From positions 22,052 through 67,524 of the forward strand of contig JAWLDT010000005.1 of the NCBI GenBank assembly GCA_041686485.1: 45,473 nt of DNA. The letters run 5' to 3'. Source of the DNA: Bacteroidales bacterium (GTDB lineage: Bacteria > Bacteroidota > Bacteroidia > Bacteroidales > UBA7960). How positions within the stretch are numbered: the stretch's first letter is position 1; each line of letters starts with the position of its first letter. The translations under genes were made by a program, and so were the position numbers. Below, in pieces: positions 18,291 to 28,171 of this stretch. The notes under the pieces are model-generated. The model searched no databases and was not told the DNA's origin. It saw nothing but the letters and a program-made list of their open reading frames with translations.

Positions 18291-19535
18291 ATGAAGTATA
18301 TTACGACCGTGCTTCTGGAAAATGTGAGGGTAGCACTTGACTCTGTGCGGACACATTCGTTGCGGGCTGTGCTTACCGTGTTGATTATAGCCGTCGGGAT
18401 TATGGCCCTGGTAGGGATACTGACGGCCATCGACTCCATTCAGGTGTCGATTACGGATAACTTTGCCCGGTTGGGTGCCAACAGCTTTTCGGTGCGAAAC
18501 CGGCAAATGGTTGTGCAGTCAGGAGGGGGATCGTCTCAGGTATTTGAAAGGATTTCTTTTGATGATGCCATGGCTTTCAAGGAAAACTTTGACTTCCCGG
18601 CCGATGTTTCCATTTACGTTCAAGGCACAAGTGCTGCCACTGTAAGATATCAAAACAGGGAAACCAATCCCAATATTCGTGTTCTTGGCAGCGACCAAAA
18701 CTACCTGGTCACGGCAGGGTCCAGCCTGGCATACGGGAGGAACTTCTCCCGTTCAGAACTACAGTATGGCGCCGATGTCATCCTGCTAGGTCATGACGTG
18801 GCCACCACACTTTTCCCCGGCGATGAAACCCCGACCGATAAAACAGTGACCGTTGCCAATAAGCGTTACAGGGTGATTGGTGTAATCGCACAACAGGGTG
18901 CCGGCATGGGATTCTCAGACGATATGGCCTGTGTCGTTCCTTATATGAGAGTTCGGCGGGATTTTTCAAGGCCGAATATGAATTATACCATCAATGTAAG
19001 CACCCATGATATTGAATTAATTGATGAGTCAATTGCTGAAGCTACTGGTTTGTTCAGGATTATCCGGGGTCAGCGGCTCGGTGAACCCGACAGCTTTAAT
19101 GTCGCTAAAAGCGATAATATTGCCCGGGCACTCATCGACAACATCCGTTTTGTGACACTGGCTGCTACGGTAATTGGCCTGATTACCCTGCTTGGTGCCG
19201 CTATCGGCCTGATGAACATCATGCTCGTGTCCGTAACAGAACGCACACAGGAGATCGGTATACGAAAAGCATTGGGAGCCACCAAAGCCGTAATCAAACA
19301 ACAATTTCTGTCAGAGGCCATCGTTATCTGTCAAATCGGCGGTATTGCAGGCATCCTGCTGGGCATCCTTGCCGGAAACGGTATCTCGCTGCTGGTTGGA
19401 AGCCGTTTTATCATCCCATGGTTATGGATTCTCACCGGTATTGTTCTATGCCTTGGCGTCGGTGTCATTGCAGGATACTATCCCGCTGCAAAAGCCTCCC
19501 GGCTCGACCCGATCGAATCACTCAGGTACGAATGA
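18291..19535 (+). CDS. ABC transporter permease, MacB/FtsX family
   Basis: One TM, periplasmic domain, three TMs; [26 protein letters not shown]; [10 protein letters not shown]. Confidence 0.92.
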   Translation: MKYITTVLLENVRVALDSVRTHSLRAVLTVLIIAVGIMALVGILTAIDSIQVSITDNFARLGANSFSVRNRQMVVQSGGGSSQVFERISFDDAMAFKENFDFPADVSIYVQGTSAATVRYQNRETNPNIRVLGSDQNYLVTAGSSLAYGRNFSRSELQYGADVILLGHDVATTLFPGDETPTDKTVTVANKRYRVIGVIAQQGAGMGFSDDMACVVPYMRVRRDFSRPNMNYTINVSTHDIELIDESIAEATGLFRIIRGQRLGEPDSFNVAKSDNIARALIDNIRFVTLAATVIGLITLLGAAIGLMNIMLVSVTERTQEIGIRKALGATKAVIKQQFLSEAIVICQIGGIAGILLGILAGNGISLLVGSRFIIPWLWILTGIVLCLGVGVIAGYYPAAKASRLDPIESLRYE

Positions 19536-19587
19536 GTCCGGGCAGGCTCTAATACAGTGATAATGTTGAATAATGATTATATCCGAT

Positions 19588-21036
19588 ATGGAAAAATTAA
19601 CAAAAATCGTGGCGACGATTTCTGATCGCCATTGTGAGCCAGACTTTATCCGGTCGCTCCATGAAGCCGGAATGGACGTGGTGCGTATTAATACCGCCCA
19701 TCAAAACCCGGAACAAAGCATGCAGATCATCCAACATGTAAGAAGTGTATCCGGTAAGATCCCTTTTATGATCGACACCAAAGGTCCGGAAGTCCGCACA
19801 AACCCTTCTGAGAAGGACATCCCTGTTAAGCAGGGCCAGCATATTAAGATGGCAGGTGACCCCGGAAAAACGTCCTCCGAATCTTTTGTCTATGTTAATT
19901 ATGAAGGGTTCGAACAGCAACTTGAACCCGGTAAGATGGTCATGATCGATGACGGCGACATTGCCTTGACAGTTGTTGAAAAGCATAAAGATCACGTAGT
20001 TTGCCGGGTGGAAAACGGCGGATTGATTAAAGGCCGTAAAAGCATAAACCTGCCCGGAACATCCGTTGACCTGCCCTCCCTTAGTGATAAAGACAGAGAT
20101 TATATTGACTTTGCCATCAAAAACGATATGGACTTCATTGCCCACTCGTTTGTGCGGAGCAAAGAGGATGTAATCGCCATACAAGAGATCCTGGATCAGC
20201 ATGACAGTCAGATAAAAATCATCGCCAAGATTGAGAATCAACAGGGCGTGGATAATATTGATGAGATCCTTGATCACGTTTATGGCATCATGATCGCACG
20301 GGGTGATCTCGCCATAGAAGTGCCGGCCGAAAAGATTCCCGGCCTGCAAAGCAGTATGGTGAAAGAGTGTATGCGCCGCAAAAAAGCTGTGATCATTGCG
20401 ACACAGATGTTGCATACCATGATTGAGAATCCGCGACCGACCAGGGCTGAGGTAAGTGATATTGCCACTGCCGTTTTTTCAGGTACCGACGCCGTGATGC
20501 TCAGTGGTGAAACAGCTTTTGGTAAGTATCCGCTGGAATCTGTTCAGATTATGACAAAAACCGTCAGGGAGGCTGAAAACAACAAAGCCTTTTTTATTGA
20601 AAGCAATGTAATGCCTCATGACAATCCCATATCTGTTTTTCTGTCAAAAACGGCCGTGAGATCCATCCAGGCGCTTGACACCAAAGCCATTATTACGGAT
20701 ACCGACACCGGAAAGACCGCCCGTTATCTGGCCGCCTTTCGTGGGCGTACACCCATATACGCCCAGTGTTACGACGAACGTGTTATGCGGGAGCTGGGCC
20801 TGAATTATGGTATTGTGGCAGATTATATGGATGTCGAGATTTCCAAAAAAGATTTTATCAAATCCACCCTGTCAAGGTTAATAAACCGTAAAGAGATTAA
20901 GCCGGAAGACAGGATCGTGGTGCTTGCCGGTAATTTCGGCAAGAAAGCAGGACCTTCTTTTGTGGAGATTAGCACAGCTGAGAGCATGCTTTCGGATCAG
21001 AAGCAGGGAGAAATAGTTAATCCCACGCTAAAGTAG
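19588..21036 (+). CDS. pyk: Pyruvate kinase
   Basis: TKIVATI, DTKGPEVR, IIAKIEN, IMIARGDL, ATQML, PTRAE, MLSGETA. Confidence 0.97.
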   Translation: MEKLTKIVATISDRHCEPDFIRSLHEAGMDVVRINTAHQNPEQSMQIIQHVRSVSGKIPFMIDTKGPEVRTNPSEKDIPVKQGQHIKMAGDPGKTSSESFVYVNYEGFEQQLEPGKMVMIDDGDIALTVVEKHKDHVVCRVENGGLIKGRKSINLPGTSVDLPSLSDKDRDYIDFAIKNDMDFIAHSFVRSKEDVIAIQEILDQHDSQIKIIAKIENQQGVDNIDEILDHVYGIMIARGDLAIEVPAEKIPGLQSSMVKECMRRKKAVIIATQMLHTMIENPRPTRAEVSDIATAVFSGTDAVMLSGETAFGKYPLESVQIMTKTVREAENNKAFFIESNVMPHDNPISVFLSKTAVRSIQALDTKAIITDTDTGKTARYLAAFRGRTPIYAQCYDERVMRELGLNYGIVADYMDVEISKKDFIKSTLSRLINRKEIKPEDRIVVLAGNFGKKAGPSFVEISTAESMLSDQKQGEIVNPTLK

Positions 21037-21595
21037 AGAGCAAATGACGTATATCTTCCTCTATGAAACTGATAACCGGTGCCAGGGAATCATTGTCAGG
21101 AGGGACCCGAAAATATAAGGCACCCCGTAAAAAGTGATCCGTGCTGTCAGTGGCATAAAATTGTAATGCTGAAGCCGCTTCACGCCCTTTGATGTGGAAC
21201 AACATGCCATAGACGTTGTCTTTCTCATAGATAACGGTTTCTTCATCAATTCCTGAAGCCTTCGGGATGTGACCCTGAACAAATGTGCGTGCATCTTCGA
21301 AATAGCCTGCCAAATCTTCCCTGTCATCAATGGGCTTATAGCTCATATGAATACGCCCCCTGAATTCGGGGAAAACGATATCGCCCCAGTAAGGTTCTGC
21401 GACATCCCTTGTGTCAGGCTCAAATTGTGCATATACCGGGTATTCAAACTGATAAGGATAGATGGTATCAAATGTCTGATACGCTTTTTCCGGGAGCGCA
21501 ATACGGAAAAATCCTCTTGGCCTGGGCGCATCCCCCTCCTCACGGCAACCCGTTAACGCTAGTAGTATGATAATAAAAAATACAATCCTGTTCAT
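21017..21595 (-). CDS. gldD: Gliding motility lipoprotein GldD
   Basis: Lipobox LTGC; PRPRGFFRI, QFYATDSTDHFLRGALYF, DSLAP; downstream of gldE. Confidence 0.9.
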   Translation of the reverse strand: MNRIVFFIIILLALTGCREEGDAPRPRGFFRIALPEKAYQTFDTIYPYQFEYPVYAQFEPDTRDVAEPYWGDIVFPEFRGRIHMSYKPIDDREDLAGYFEDARTFVQGHIPKASGIDEETVIYEKDNVYGMLFHIKGREAASALQFYATDSTDHFLRGALYFRVPPDNDSLAPVISFIEEDIRHLLSTLAWD

Positions 21596-21598
21596 GAA

Positions 21599-22927
21599 TT
21601 ATTCCTTGATCTTGACCTTAATACGTTTGATACGCCGTTTGTCAACGCCTTCAACCTCAAATTCAAAATGTTTATAGCGGAGCTTTGCCCCTTTCAGGGG
21701 TATCTCCTGTTTGATTTCCAAAATCAGGCCTGCCAGCGTATCAGCCTCCCCTTTAACCTCATTGAAGATCGTATCATCGGTGCCCGTGATCTTGCAAAAG
21801 TCTTTCAGGAGTGTTTTCCCTTCAAAAACAAACGTGTTGTTATCTAACTTGGAATAAATGGCTTCCTCCATGTCAAACTCGTCATTGATCTCCCCCACGA
21901 TCTCCTCCAGAATATCCTCCAGGGTGATAAGACCTGATGTACCTCCATACTCATCAACAACAATCGCGAGGTGTATCTTTTTTTCCTGAAACTCTTTAAG
22001 CAACTCATTGATCCGTTTACTCTCAGGTACAAAGAAAGCCTTACGTACCAATGTTTGCCAGTTAAAATCATCTCCCCGCTCCAGGTAAGGAAGCAGGTCC
22101 TTGATATAGAGGATGCCCTGTATGTTGTCAAAATTTTCGCGATAAACAGGTATACGGCTGTAGCCGCCTTCCTGAATAACAGAGATCAGTTCACTGAAGG
22201 GTGTGTCGTATTCAACAGAGACTACATCAACGCGTGACTTCATAATCTCCCGGACGTATATGTTGCCAAAACGGACAATCCCTCTCAGCAATTCTTTATC
22301 TTCCTCGGTGGTGGCATCCCCCGACGTTATCTCCAATGCATGGGACAGATCGTACATACTGATATTGGGACGCTTTTTCTCTATGCGTTTGTCAATGAAA
22401 CGGGTTGATTTTACCAGTAGTGTACTTAAAGGGTAAAATAATTTTCTTAAAACAAGCAGCGGTACTGCCATCAATAAAGAAAAGCGAAGTGGGTGTCTGG
22501 AGGCATACAAATGGGGCGTTACTTCAGCAAATATCAGTATCAGAAAGGTGACCAGGATAACCTGCAGGATAAAGGCCACGACCGGATGCAGATCCGTGGT
22601 AAATATGCTATTAAACACAAAGGTAGAGAGGATAATGATGGCAATATTGATCACGTTGTTGCTGATCAGAATGGTTGCCAGGAGGTGATTAGGGCGCTCG
22701 AGCAGAGACAGGATTTTCCGGCTACCGGTGCTGTCATCTTTCCTGATGTGCTCAATATGACTGTGCTCCAGCGAGAAAAAAGCAACTTCGGAGCCCGAGA
22801 TCATGGCTGAAATGAACAATAGTACTATCATGATCCCCAGACCAAGCAAAGCCCCAAAAGAAAAAGCCTGAATAAACGTATACAGGGATGCGAGCAGATG
22901 GAAATACGTTTCGGGTGAATCTTCCAA
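21599..22927 (-). CDS. gldE: Gliding motility-associated CNNM/CBS/CorC protein GldE
   Basis: [10 protein letters not shown], tandem CBS ([18 protein letters not shown]), CorC C-terminus; TTG start. Confidence 0.9.
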   Translation of the reverse strand: MEDSPETYFHLLASLYTFIQAFSFGALLGLGIMIVLLFISAMISGSEVAFFSLEHSHIEHIRKDDSTGSRKILSLLERPNHLLATILISNNVINIAIIILSTFVFNSIFTTDLHPVVAFILQVILVTFLILIFAEVTPHLYASRHPLRFSLLMAVPLLVLRKLFYPLSTLLVKSTRFIDKRIEKKRPNISMYDLSHALEITSGDATTEEDKELLRGIVRFGNIYVREIMKSRVDVVSVEYDTPFSELISVIQEGGYSRIPVYRENFDNIQGILYIKDLLPYLERGDDFNWQTLVRKAFFVPESKRINELLKEFQEKKIHLAIVVDEYGGTSGLITLEDILEEIVGEINDEFDMEEAIYSKLDNNTFVFEGKTLLKDFCKITGTDDTIFNEVKGEADTLAGLILEIKQEIPLKGAKLRYKHFEFEVEGVDKRRIKRIKVKIKE

Positions 22928-22952
22928 CGTTGTTTAGGTTCTTTTAATCATA

Positions 22953-22960
22953 CAAATTTA
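22953..22960 (-). promoter_or_regulatory. -7 element for gldE-gldD
   Basis: Minus strand TAAATTTG. Confidence 0.5.
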
Positions 22961-23010
22961 AAACAATTTTATGCACAAAATCAAAATAACTGACTATGCC
23001 TGTTATTTGT

Positions 23011-23018
23011 TAACTTTG
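23011..23018 (+). promoter_or_regulatory. -7 element for DUF5686-like gene
   Basis: TAACTTTG ends 4 nt before the ATG at 23023. Confidence 0.5.
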
Positions 23019-23022
23019 GCCA

Positions 23023-25458
23023 ATGCTAAGAATAATCACCCTGACGATCAGCATGTTGATAGTGAGCCTGTCGGCCAGCCAGGCTTCTGACGCCATTGCC
23101 GGACGTGTATTTGATGCCGGTACCCGGGAACCGCTGGCCTTCGTTCATATACTTATCAATGATACGCAACAGGGCGGGCTTACTGATATTGACGGGTACT
23201 TCAGGCTGTCGTATCCGGATACCATTCATAAGCTTCGCCTGAGTTATGTCGGCTACCAGTCGAAAGTCCTGGAGGTTGGGAATGACGACCAGCGCCTCAA
23301 CATATATATCGAAAAGCAGCCGGTGACACTCGCCGAAGTGGAAGTGTTCCCCGGTGAAAACCCGGCACATCGTATCATCGAACAGGTAATCCGGCACCGC
23401 GATGATAACAACCCGGAACAACTGCCCTCGTTTAGTTATACTTCTTATAACAAATTTATTTTTACCGGTCATATTGATGAAGGTCCTGCGGATGATGACC
23501 CCGGGCAGGTGGATTCAGTTATCGTCAATATAGCGGATTTCCTGGAGCAACGTCATTTTTTCCTCATGGAAACCGTTACAGAGCGAAAATTTCTTTATCC
23601 CTCACGTAACGATGAAGAAGTGCTGGCATCCAGGGTTTCCGGTGTTGAACATCCCATGTTTCCCGCATTTATGTCGCAAATGCAGTCTTTTTCTTTTTAT
23701 GATGATTATATAGAAATTTTTGACGCACGTTATTTGAGTCCGTTGGCGCCTGGCAGTACAGAGCGGTATTTCTTTATGATGGAAGATACCACCCGGGTAG
23801 CACAGGATACCGTTTTTGTGATTTCTTACCGGCCATCACGTGGTCGAAACTTCGAGGGTCTGAAAGGGGTGATGTATGTTAATACCAATGGTTGGGCCCT
23901 TCAGTCAGTGATTGCAGAACCTGCCACAGCCGAGGAGGCGTCACGGGTGCGAATACAACAAAAATATGAACACATTGAAGGACGCCGCTGGTTCCCCGTT
24001 GAACTGAACACCGACTTTGAGCTGCTGAACGTAGATGGCTTGCAGGGTTTTACCATCGTGGGAGAGGGGCGCACCTATCTGCATGATATCGAACTGGAGC
24101 CGCCCCTGTCAGGACGGGATTTTTCCGCTTTTGACATGTCTTTCTCTGAGGAAAGCACCGCCCGGCACAACCAATTTTGGGAGGATTACCGGAAGGACAC
24201 GCTCTCCGTAAGGGAGCAAAATACCTATCATTATCTTGATAGTGTAGGCACGGAACATGATTTGGATGGTCAGGCAGATCGTTTGGAGGCTTTGTTTGCC
24301 GGCAAATGGCGGAGAGGGGTGATCGATGTTGACCTTCTTCAAATGGTAGGTTATAACAAGCGGGAAGGTTTTAGGCCGGGCCTGGCAGTGCAGACCAACG
24401 AAAGTCTGTCGCCGCGATTCCGTCTGCGCGGGCTGCTGGCATACGGATTCCGGGACAAGACATGGAAATATGGTGGGGGTACCGCAGTCCGGCTTCACAG
24501 GCTATCTGATTTCTGGCTCGGATATGATTATTTGAATGATGTGACAGAAAGAGGTTCTTCCACCTTTCTAACGTCACCTTCGTTTGTAGCACCCGATAAT
24601 ATCAGGAGCTTCTTTCTGAGAACTGTTGACATGAGAGCATCACATTCCGTTTGGTTGCAATTCAGAACCTTACGCAACTATCTCACGCTAAGGCCGTATG
24701 CCAGTTATCGAACGGTTTCCTATTCAGATGACTATCGCTACATGCCTGGTGGTTTTTCCAAAAGACATGAAGTGGAAAGTGGGCAAACTGGTTTCCGGTA
24801 TTTTGAAACCGGCCTGCAAATGCGTTTTGCATACGGGGAGCGGTTTATCCTTGCACCTAAGCGGATTATGCGAATTGGCGGGAATTACCCGATACTGTAT
24901 ATCAATATTGCCAGAGGCATGCAAGGGGTGATGGAGGGTGAATATGCTTATTGGCGCCTGGAAGCCCAGTTTCGCAAAAAATATACCATTCCGATGCTGG
25001 GTACACAGCAGTGGACATTGCGGGGTGGGTATTTTTCCGGGGAAGCTCCATGGCACCGGCGATTCACCGCTTCAGGAGCCTACCGGCGCTTTGCCATATC
25101 CATACCCGAAACATTTGCAACCATGCGTGTAAATGAGTTTGTGTCTGACCGCTATGTATCCCTGTTCTGGTACCACAATTTCGGACGCCTGCTTTACCGT
25201 CGCGACTCGTTTGAGCCACAATTTCTTATTACAACAAATATCGGAATTGGTACCATGGATCATCCGGAACATCATTATGCCGGTTTTAACACGATGGAAA
25301 AGGGTTATATAGAGTCGGGTATCGTGATCCTGGATCTTGTCGGGTCAGGCTTCTCCAGTGTGGGGCTGGCGTTTACGTTCCGGTACGGGCCTTATGCAAA
25401 ACCATCATTCAAAAACAACTACACGATCGCCCTTAGCTACTCGTTTATATTTCAATAA
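23023..25458 (+). CDS. Outer membrane protein with carboxypeptidase-regulatory-like N-domain and DUF5686-like barrel
   Basis: Signal peptide; GRVFDA..EPL, TDIDGYF, SYVGY; ENPAHRII; aromatic beta-strand C-terminus. Confidence 0.75.
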   Translation: MLRIITLTISMLIVSLSASQASDAIAGRVFDAGTREPLAFVHILINDTQQGGLTDIDGYFRLSYPDTIHKLRLSYVGYQSKVLEVGNDDQRLNIYIEKQPVTLAEVEVFPGENPAHRIIEQVIRHRDDNNPEQLPSFSYTSYNKFIFTGHIDEGPADDDPGQVDSVIVNIADFLEQRHFFLMETVTERKFLYPSRNDEEVLASRVSGVEHPMFPAFMSQMQSFSFYDDYIEIFDARYLSPLAPGSTERYFFMMEDTTRVAQDTVFVISYRPSRGRNFEGLKGVMYVNTNGWALQSVIAEPATAEEASRVRIQQKYEHIEGRRWFPVELNTDFELLNVDGLQGFTIVGEGRTYLHDIELEPPLSGRDFSAFDMSFSEESTARHNQFWEDYRKDTLSVREQNTYHYLDSVGTEHDLDGQADRLEALFAGKWRRGVIDVDLLQMVGYNKREGFRPGLAVQTNESLSPRFRLRGLLAYGFRDKTWKYGGGTAVRLHRLSDFWLGYDYLNDVTERGSSTFLTSPSFVAPDNIRSFFLRTVDMRASHSVWLQFRTLRNYLTLRPYASYRTVSYSDDYRYMPGGFSKRHEVESGQTGFRYFETGLQMRFAYGERFILAPKRIMRIGGNYPILYINIARGMQGVMEGEYAYWRLEAQFRKKYTIPMLGTQQWTLRGGYFSGEAPWHRRFTASGAYRRFAISIPETFATMRVNEFVSDRYVSLFWYHNFGRLLYRRDSFEPQFLITTNIGIGTMDHPEHHYAGFNTMEKGYIESGIVILDLVGSGFSSVGLAFTFRYGPYAKPSFKNNYTIALSYSFIFQ

Positions 25459-25464
25459 CAAGGG

Positions 25465-25926
25465 TCATTCCGGATTGTCTTCTGCATGCCATTCGGCATA
25501 GGCCGTGGCGGTTTCATGCAGGCGGAGGGAATGCAGCATAACATCAGCAGGCAACGCCAGCTTTATTTTGGCCGCAAAGTCATGAACCAGGTTTTCACAG
25601 GTCGGTTGGAAAGGGACCGGAACAACTTTGCCGAACATATTACTGTCTTTGGCCATATCCTGATGAGGGGTATAGGCATTGACCATCAGGGCATGGTCGT
25701 AAGGTTCTATGATATGCTCATTTACAATGTCTTTTAGCATGGAGAAGTCAATAAGCATTCCGTGCTTCGGGTGATCGGGTTTATTGATGGGGCGGCCCTT
25801 AACGGTGACATATAGCTGGTAACTGTGACCATGTATGTTTTTACAGGGGCCGTCGTAGTTCCATAATGCATGTGCGGCCTCAAAATGAAAATGTTTGGTG
25901 ATCCTGATCACTGGTGATTGTTCCAT
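25465..25926 (-). CDS. queD: 6-carboxytetrahydropterin synthase (QueD/PTPS family)
   Basis: FEAAHAL, CKNIHGHSY, IDFS, DHA, PTCEN, LHET. Confidence 0.88.
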   Translation of the reverse strand: MEQSPVIRITKHFHFEAAHALWNYDGPCKNIHGHSYQLYVTVKGRPINKPDHPKHGMLIDFSMLKDIVNEHIIEPYDHALMVNAYTPHQDMAKDSNMFGKVVPVPFQPTCENLVHDFAAKIKLALPADVMLHSLRLHETATAYAEWHAEDNPE

Positions 25927-25950
25927 AATAGCAAGTTTGCATGTAATGAA

Positions 25951-26391
25951 CTACTGCAGGCGAATCGTATAGGTATATACTTTCTTTTCTTTATCGGCTT
26001 CGTCCTTCTTTGGTTGCTGCGGTTTTTTATCAGCAGGTTTGTATGACATGGAAAGTCCCTGTTTCTTTTGATGATGTTTGATCCTGAACGGTATCTTGAT
26101 CTTGTTATCCGTGATTACTTTGATACCCCTGTTTTTTGCAGATTGGTAATTGAGCATCTCCACGAGCCTGATGGCCTCTTCATCACAGCCATAACCGAGT
26201 CCTTTTACAATTTCCGGTTCAATAACCTCCCCCTTGCCGGTAACCCTGTACTTCACGATCACGTCACCTTCTATACCTTTTTCAAGAGCCTCTTTTGGAT
26301 ACCGCAGGTTCTCCCGGATGAACTTTTTTAACTGATCTTTCCCGCCATCCAGGTGCGGTTTTTTTATGAATTTTTTTTCCGGATTATCCAT
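25951..26391 (-). CDS. TonB C-terminal domain protein (no membrane anchor)
   Basis: LRYPKEA...IEGDVIV, GLGYGCDEEAIRLV. Confidence 0.8.
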   Translation of the reverse strand: MDNPEKKFIKKPHLDGGKDQLKKFIRENLRYPKEALEKGIEGDVIVKYRVTGKGEVIEPEIVKGLGYGCDEEAIRLVEMLNYQSAKNRGIKVITDNKIKIPFRIKHHQKKQGLSMSYKPADKKPQQPKKDEADKEKKVYTYTIRLQ

Positions 26392-26409
26392 AAGTAACTT
26401 CTTTTTGAC

Positions 26410-27288
26410 TTAGCTATGAGTTTTGATAAATTGAACGGCATGTTTGTTAAACTCAGCCGGCTGATCAACATTGCAAACATGCCCTGAGTTATTGATGGTA
26501 ATCAGGGTGGCCATATCATTATCTTTGACCAGGTTTCTTACCGGGTTCAGAAACAGGTGATCCTCATCGCCCATCAGGTAAAGGGTCGGGATGGGTGGAT
26601 TTTGTTCTATCTGGTATTGAAGCAGGGGGTTCACATCTTTCAGCAGTTTAAACCAGCGGTTGATCTCCCGGCGGTAAATTTTCTGAGCTTCTTTGATAAA
26701 CAGGTAGCGGCTTTCACGGTGTCTTTTACTGGGCATAAGAATGCGGGCCAGCAATCTGTAAAGCCACATAAAGGGGATCACAGGTTTAAACACCTTGGCT
26801 ACCCACACGAGGAATCTCGAACGAATGTTCAACCTTGTGATCGCTCCTGCCAGGCTCATCGATTCGACCCGGTCAGGGTCAAGTTCGGCAATCACCCGGA
26901 TCAATATTGTTCCGAGCGAAACCCCCATGAAATGGCTTTTTTGAATGCCAAGATGATCCAGAACATCAAGCACGTCCCTGCTAATATCCTCAAACGTGTA
27001 ATCTCTCCCCATATAGGCGGCAAAAAGGTCACGCGACCGGCCATGCCCCCGCAGGTCAACCACCAGCACATTGAAATGCTTGCGGAAGTCCCGGATCTGC
27101 TTATGCCAGATGATCGAGCTGCCCCCTACACCATGAATGAGTGTTACCCATGGAGCATCGGGGCTTTTGTGGTAACTTTTATAAAACAGCTTTGGGGAAT
27201 CTGTTGCCGGAGAATTGGTTGATTTTCCCCGCTCAGGCTTCTCCTGTTGCACTTCTGGTGTAAGTAATGAATCGTTTTTGTTCTTCAT
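26410..27288 (-). CDS. Alpha/beta hydrolase
   Basis: LIHG, DLRGHG, nucleophile elbow GVSLG, GDED, SGHVCN. Confidence 0.9.
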   Translation of the reverse strand: MKNKNDSLLTPEVQQEKPERGKSTNSPATDSPKLFYKSYHKSPDAPWVTLIHGVGGSSIIWHKQIRDFRKHFNVLVVDLRGHGRSRDLFAAYMGRDYTFEDISRDVLDVLDHLGIQKSHFMGVSLGTILIRVIAELDPDRVESMSLAGAITRLNIRSRFLVWVAKVFKPVIPFMWLYRLLARILMPSKRHRESRYLFIKEAQKIYRREINRWFKLLKDVNPLLQYQIEQNPPIPTLYLMGDEDHLFLNPVRNLVKDNDMATLITINNSGHVCNVDQPAEFNKHAVQFIKTHS

Positions 27289-27390
27289 GAGATGTTTACA
27301 AATATAACCATTTTCCGCCGGATAACAGATTATACGTACGGAGTAAAGTCAAAATAACAAGTTTTACATAGGTAAACCAGTACTGACCAA

Positions 27391-27999
27391 CTATAGCGGC
27401 TCAGTCAGGTCAAAATCAACGCGGAGTCGCTTACCGCCATTGCGTTCAAGACGGTACGTGAAAGTAGTAAAGTCTTTATCCAGTTTTACACTCCAGATGT
27501 TACCCCCGCCATCTTCGATGATCCCGGCCGTATAAGCATCTGCCGGAAAGTGTTGTACAAATGCCGTGCCACTGTCGTCGGCATAACCGCCATACAGGTT
27601 GTTTTCTTCCGGTGTACCATCCGGATGCCGGTGGTCGTGGCGAAAACGTAAAGCACCATCTTCAATCAAAAACTGCCAGGTACGTGATTGATCCTCTCCC
27701 ACATGGAAGGGTATCAGGATACGGTCATCTTCACAAACCTCCACATGCATCACCATATCGATACCGGCCCAGCCCTCAGCATGGTGACTCCGGAAAACCT
27801 GTTCACCGGCAAAAGACTGACCGCAAAGCCTGGACAGGTTGTCAAAAAAGGCCTGATGTGTGTCGGATAAAAGCGCTTCCGCCCTGTCCGGTCTGGTAGT
27901 TGTTTCAGTACGATCCTGGCGTGGTCCGCAGGCAGAGAAAAGAAATAACATAGCGATGATGAAAAAAGTTGTCTGATTGAATATTTGTTGCATGGGCAT
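27391..27999 (-). CDS. Uncharacterised lipoprotein with HDHRH motif (paralog of 32738-33322)
   Basis: Lipobox FSAC; LCGQSF, RFRHDHRHPDGTPE, LYGGY, FDLTEP. Confidence 0.8.
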   Translation of the reverse strand: MPMQQIFNQTTFFIIAMLFLFSACGPRQDRTETTTRPDRAEALLSDTHQAFFDNLSRLCGQSFAGEQVFRSHHAEGWAGIDMVMHVEVCEDDRILIPFHVGEDQSRTWQFLIEDGALRFRHDHRHPDGTPEENNLYGGYADDSGTAFVQHFPADAYTAGIIEDGGGNIWSVKLDKDFTTFTYRLERNGGKRLRVDFDLTEPL

Positions 28000-28138
28000 A
28001 CGTAATTATTAAAACTGGTATATTGATAAAATGTCTGTTGATGAGACACTCATGGTAAATTACCGAAGAATGGGCTATTTCCCGGCAAAGGTATCAAAAA
28101 AAGCCATCTTCGGGCGTGTTTAACCTGGATGACTGTTG

Positions 28139-28146
28139 TATCTTTG
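28139..28146 (+). promoter_or_regulatory. -7 element for ABC ATPase gene
   Basis: TATCTTTG 25 nt upstream of ATG 28172. Confidence 0.5.
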
Positions 28147-28171
28147 ATGTTGAGAACCGTTCACCTGGTTA

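Noticed and set aside
19597-20415. Long antisense ORFs (272 aa here, 221 aa at 26557-27222, 181 aa at 10575-11120, 166 aa at 14946-15446)
   Set aside because: They shadow well-supported genes on the opposite strand and show no recognisable motifs
25465-25926. queD as part of a 7-deazaguanine DNA modification (dpd) defence island
   Set aside because: No dpdA, queC, queE or folE nearby; the context is housekeeping
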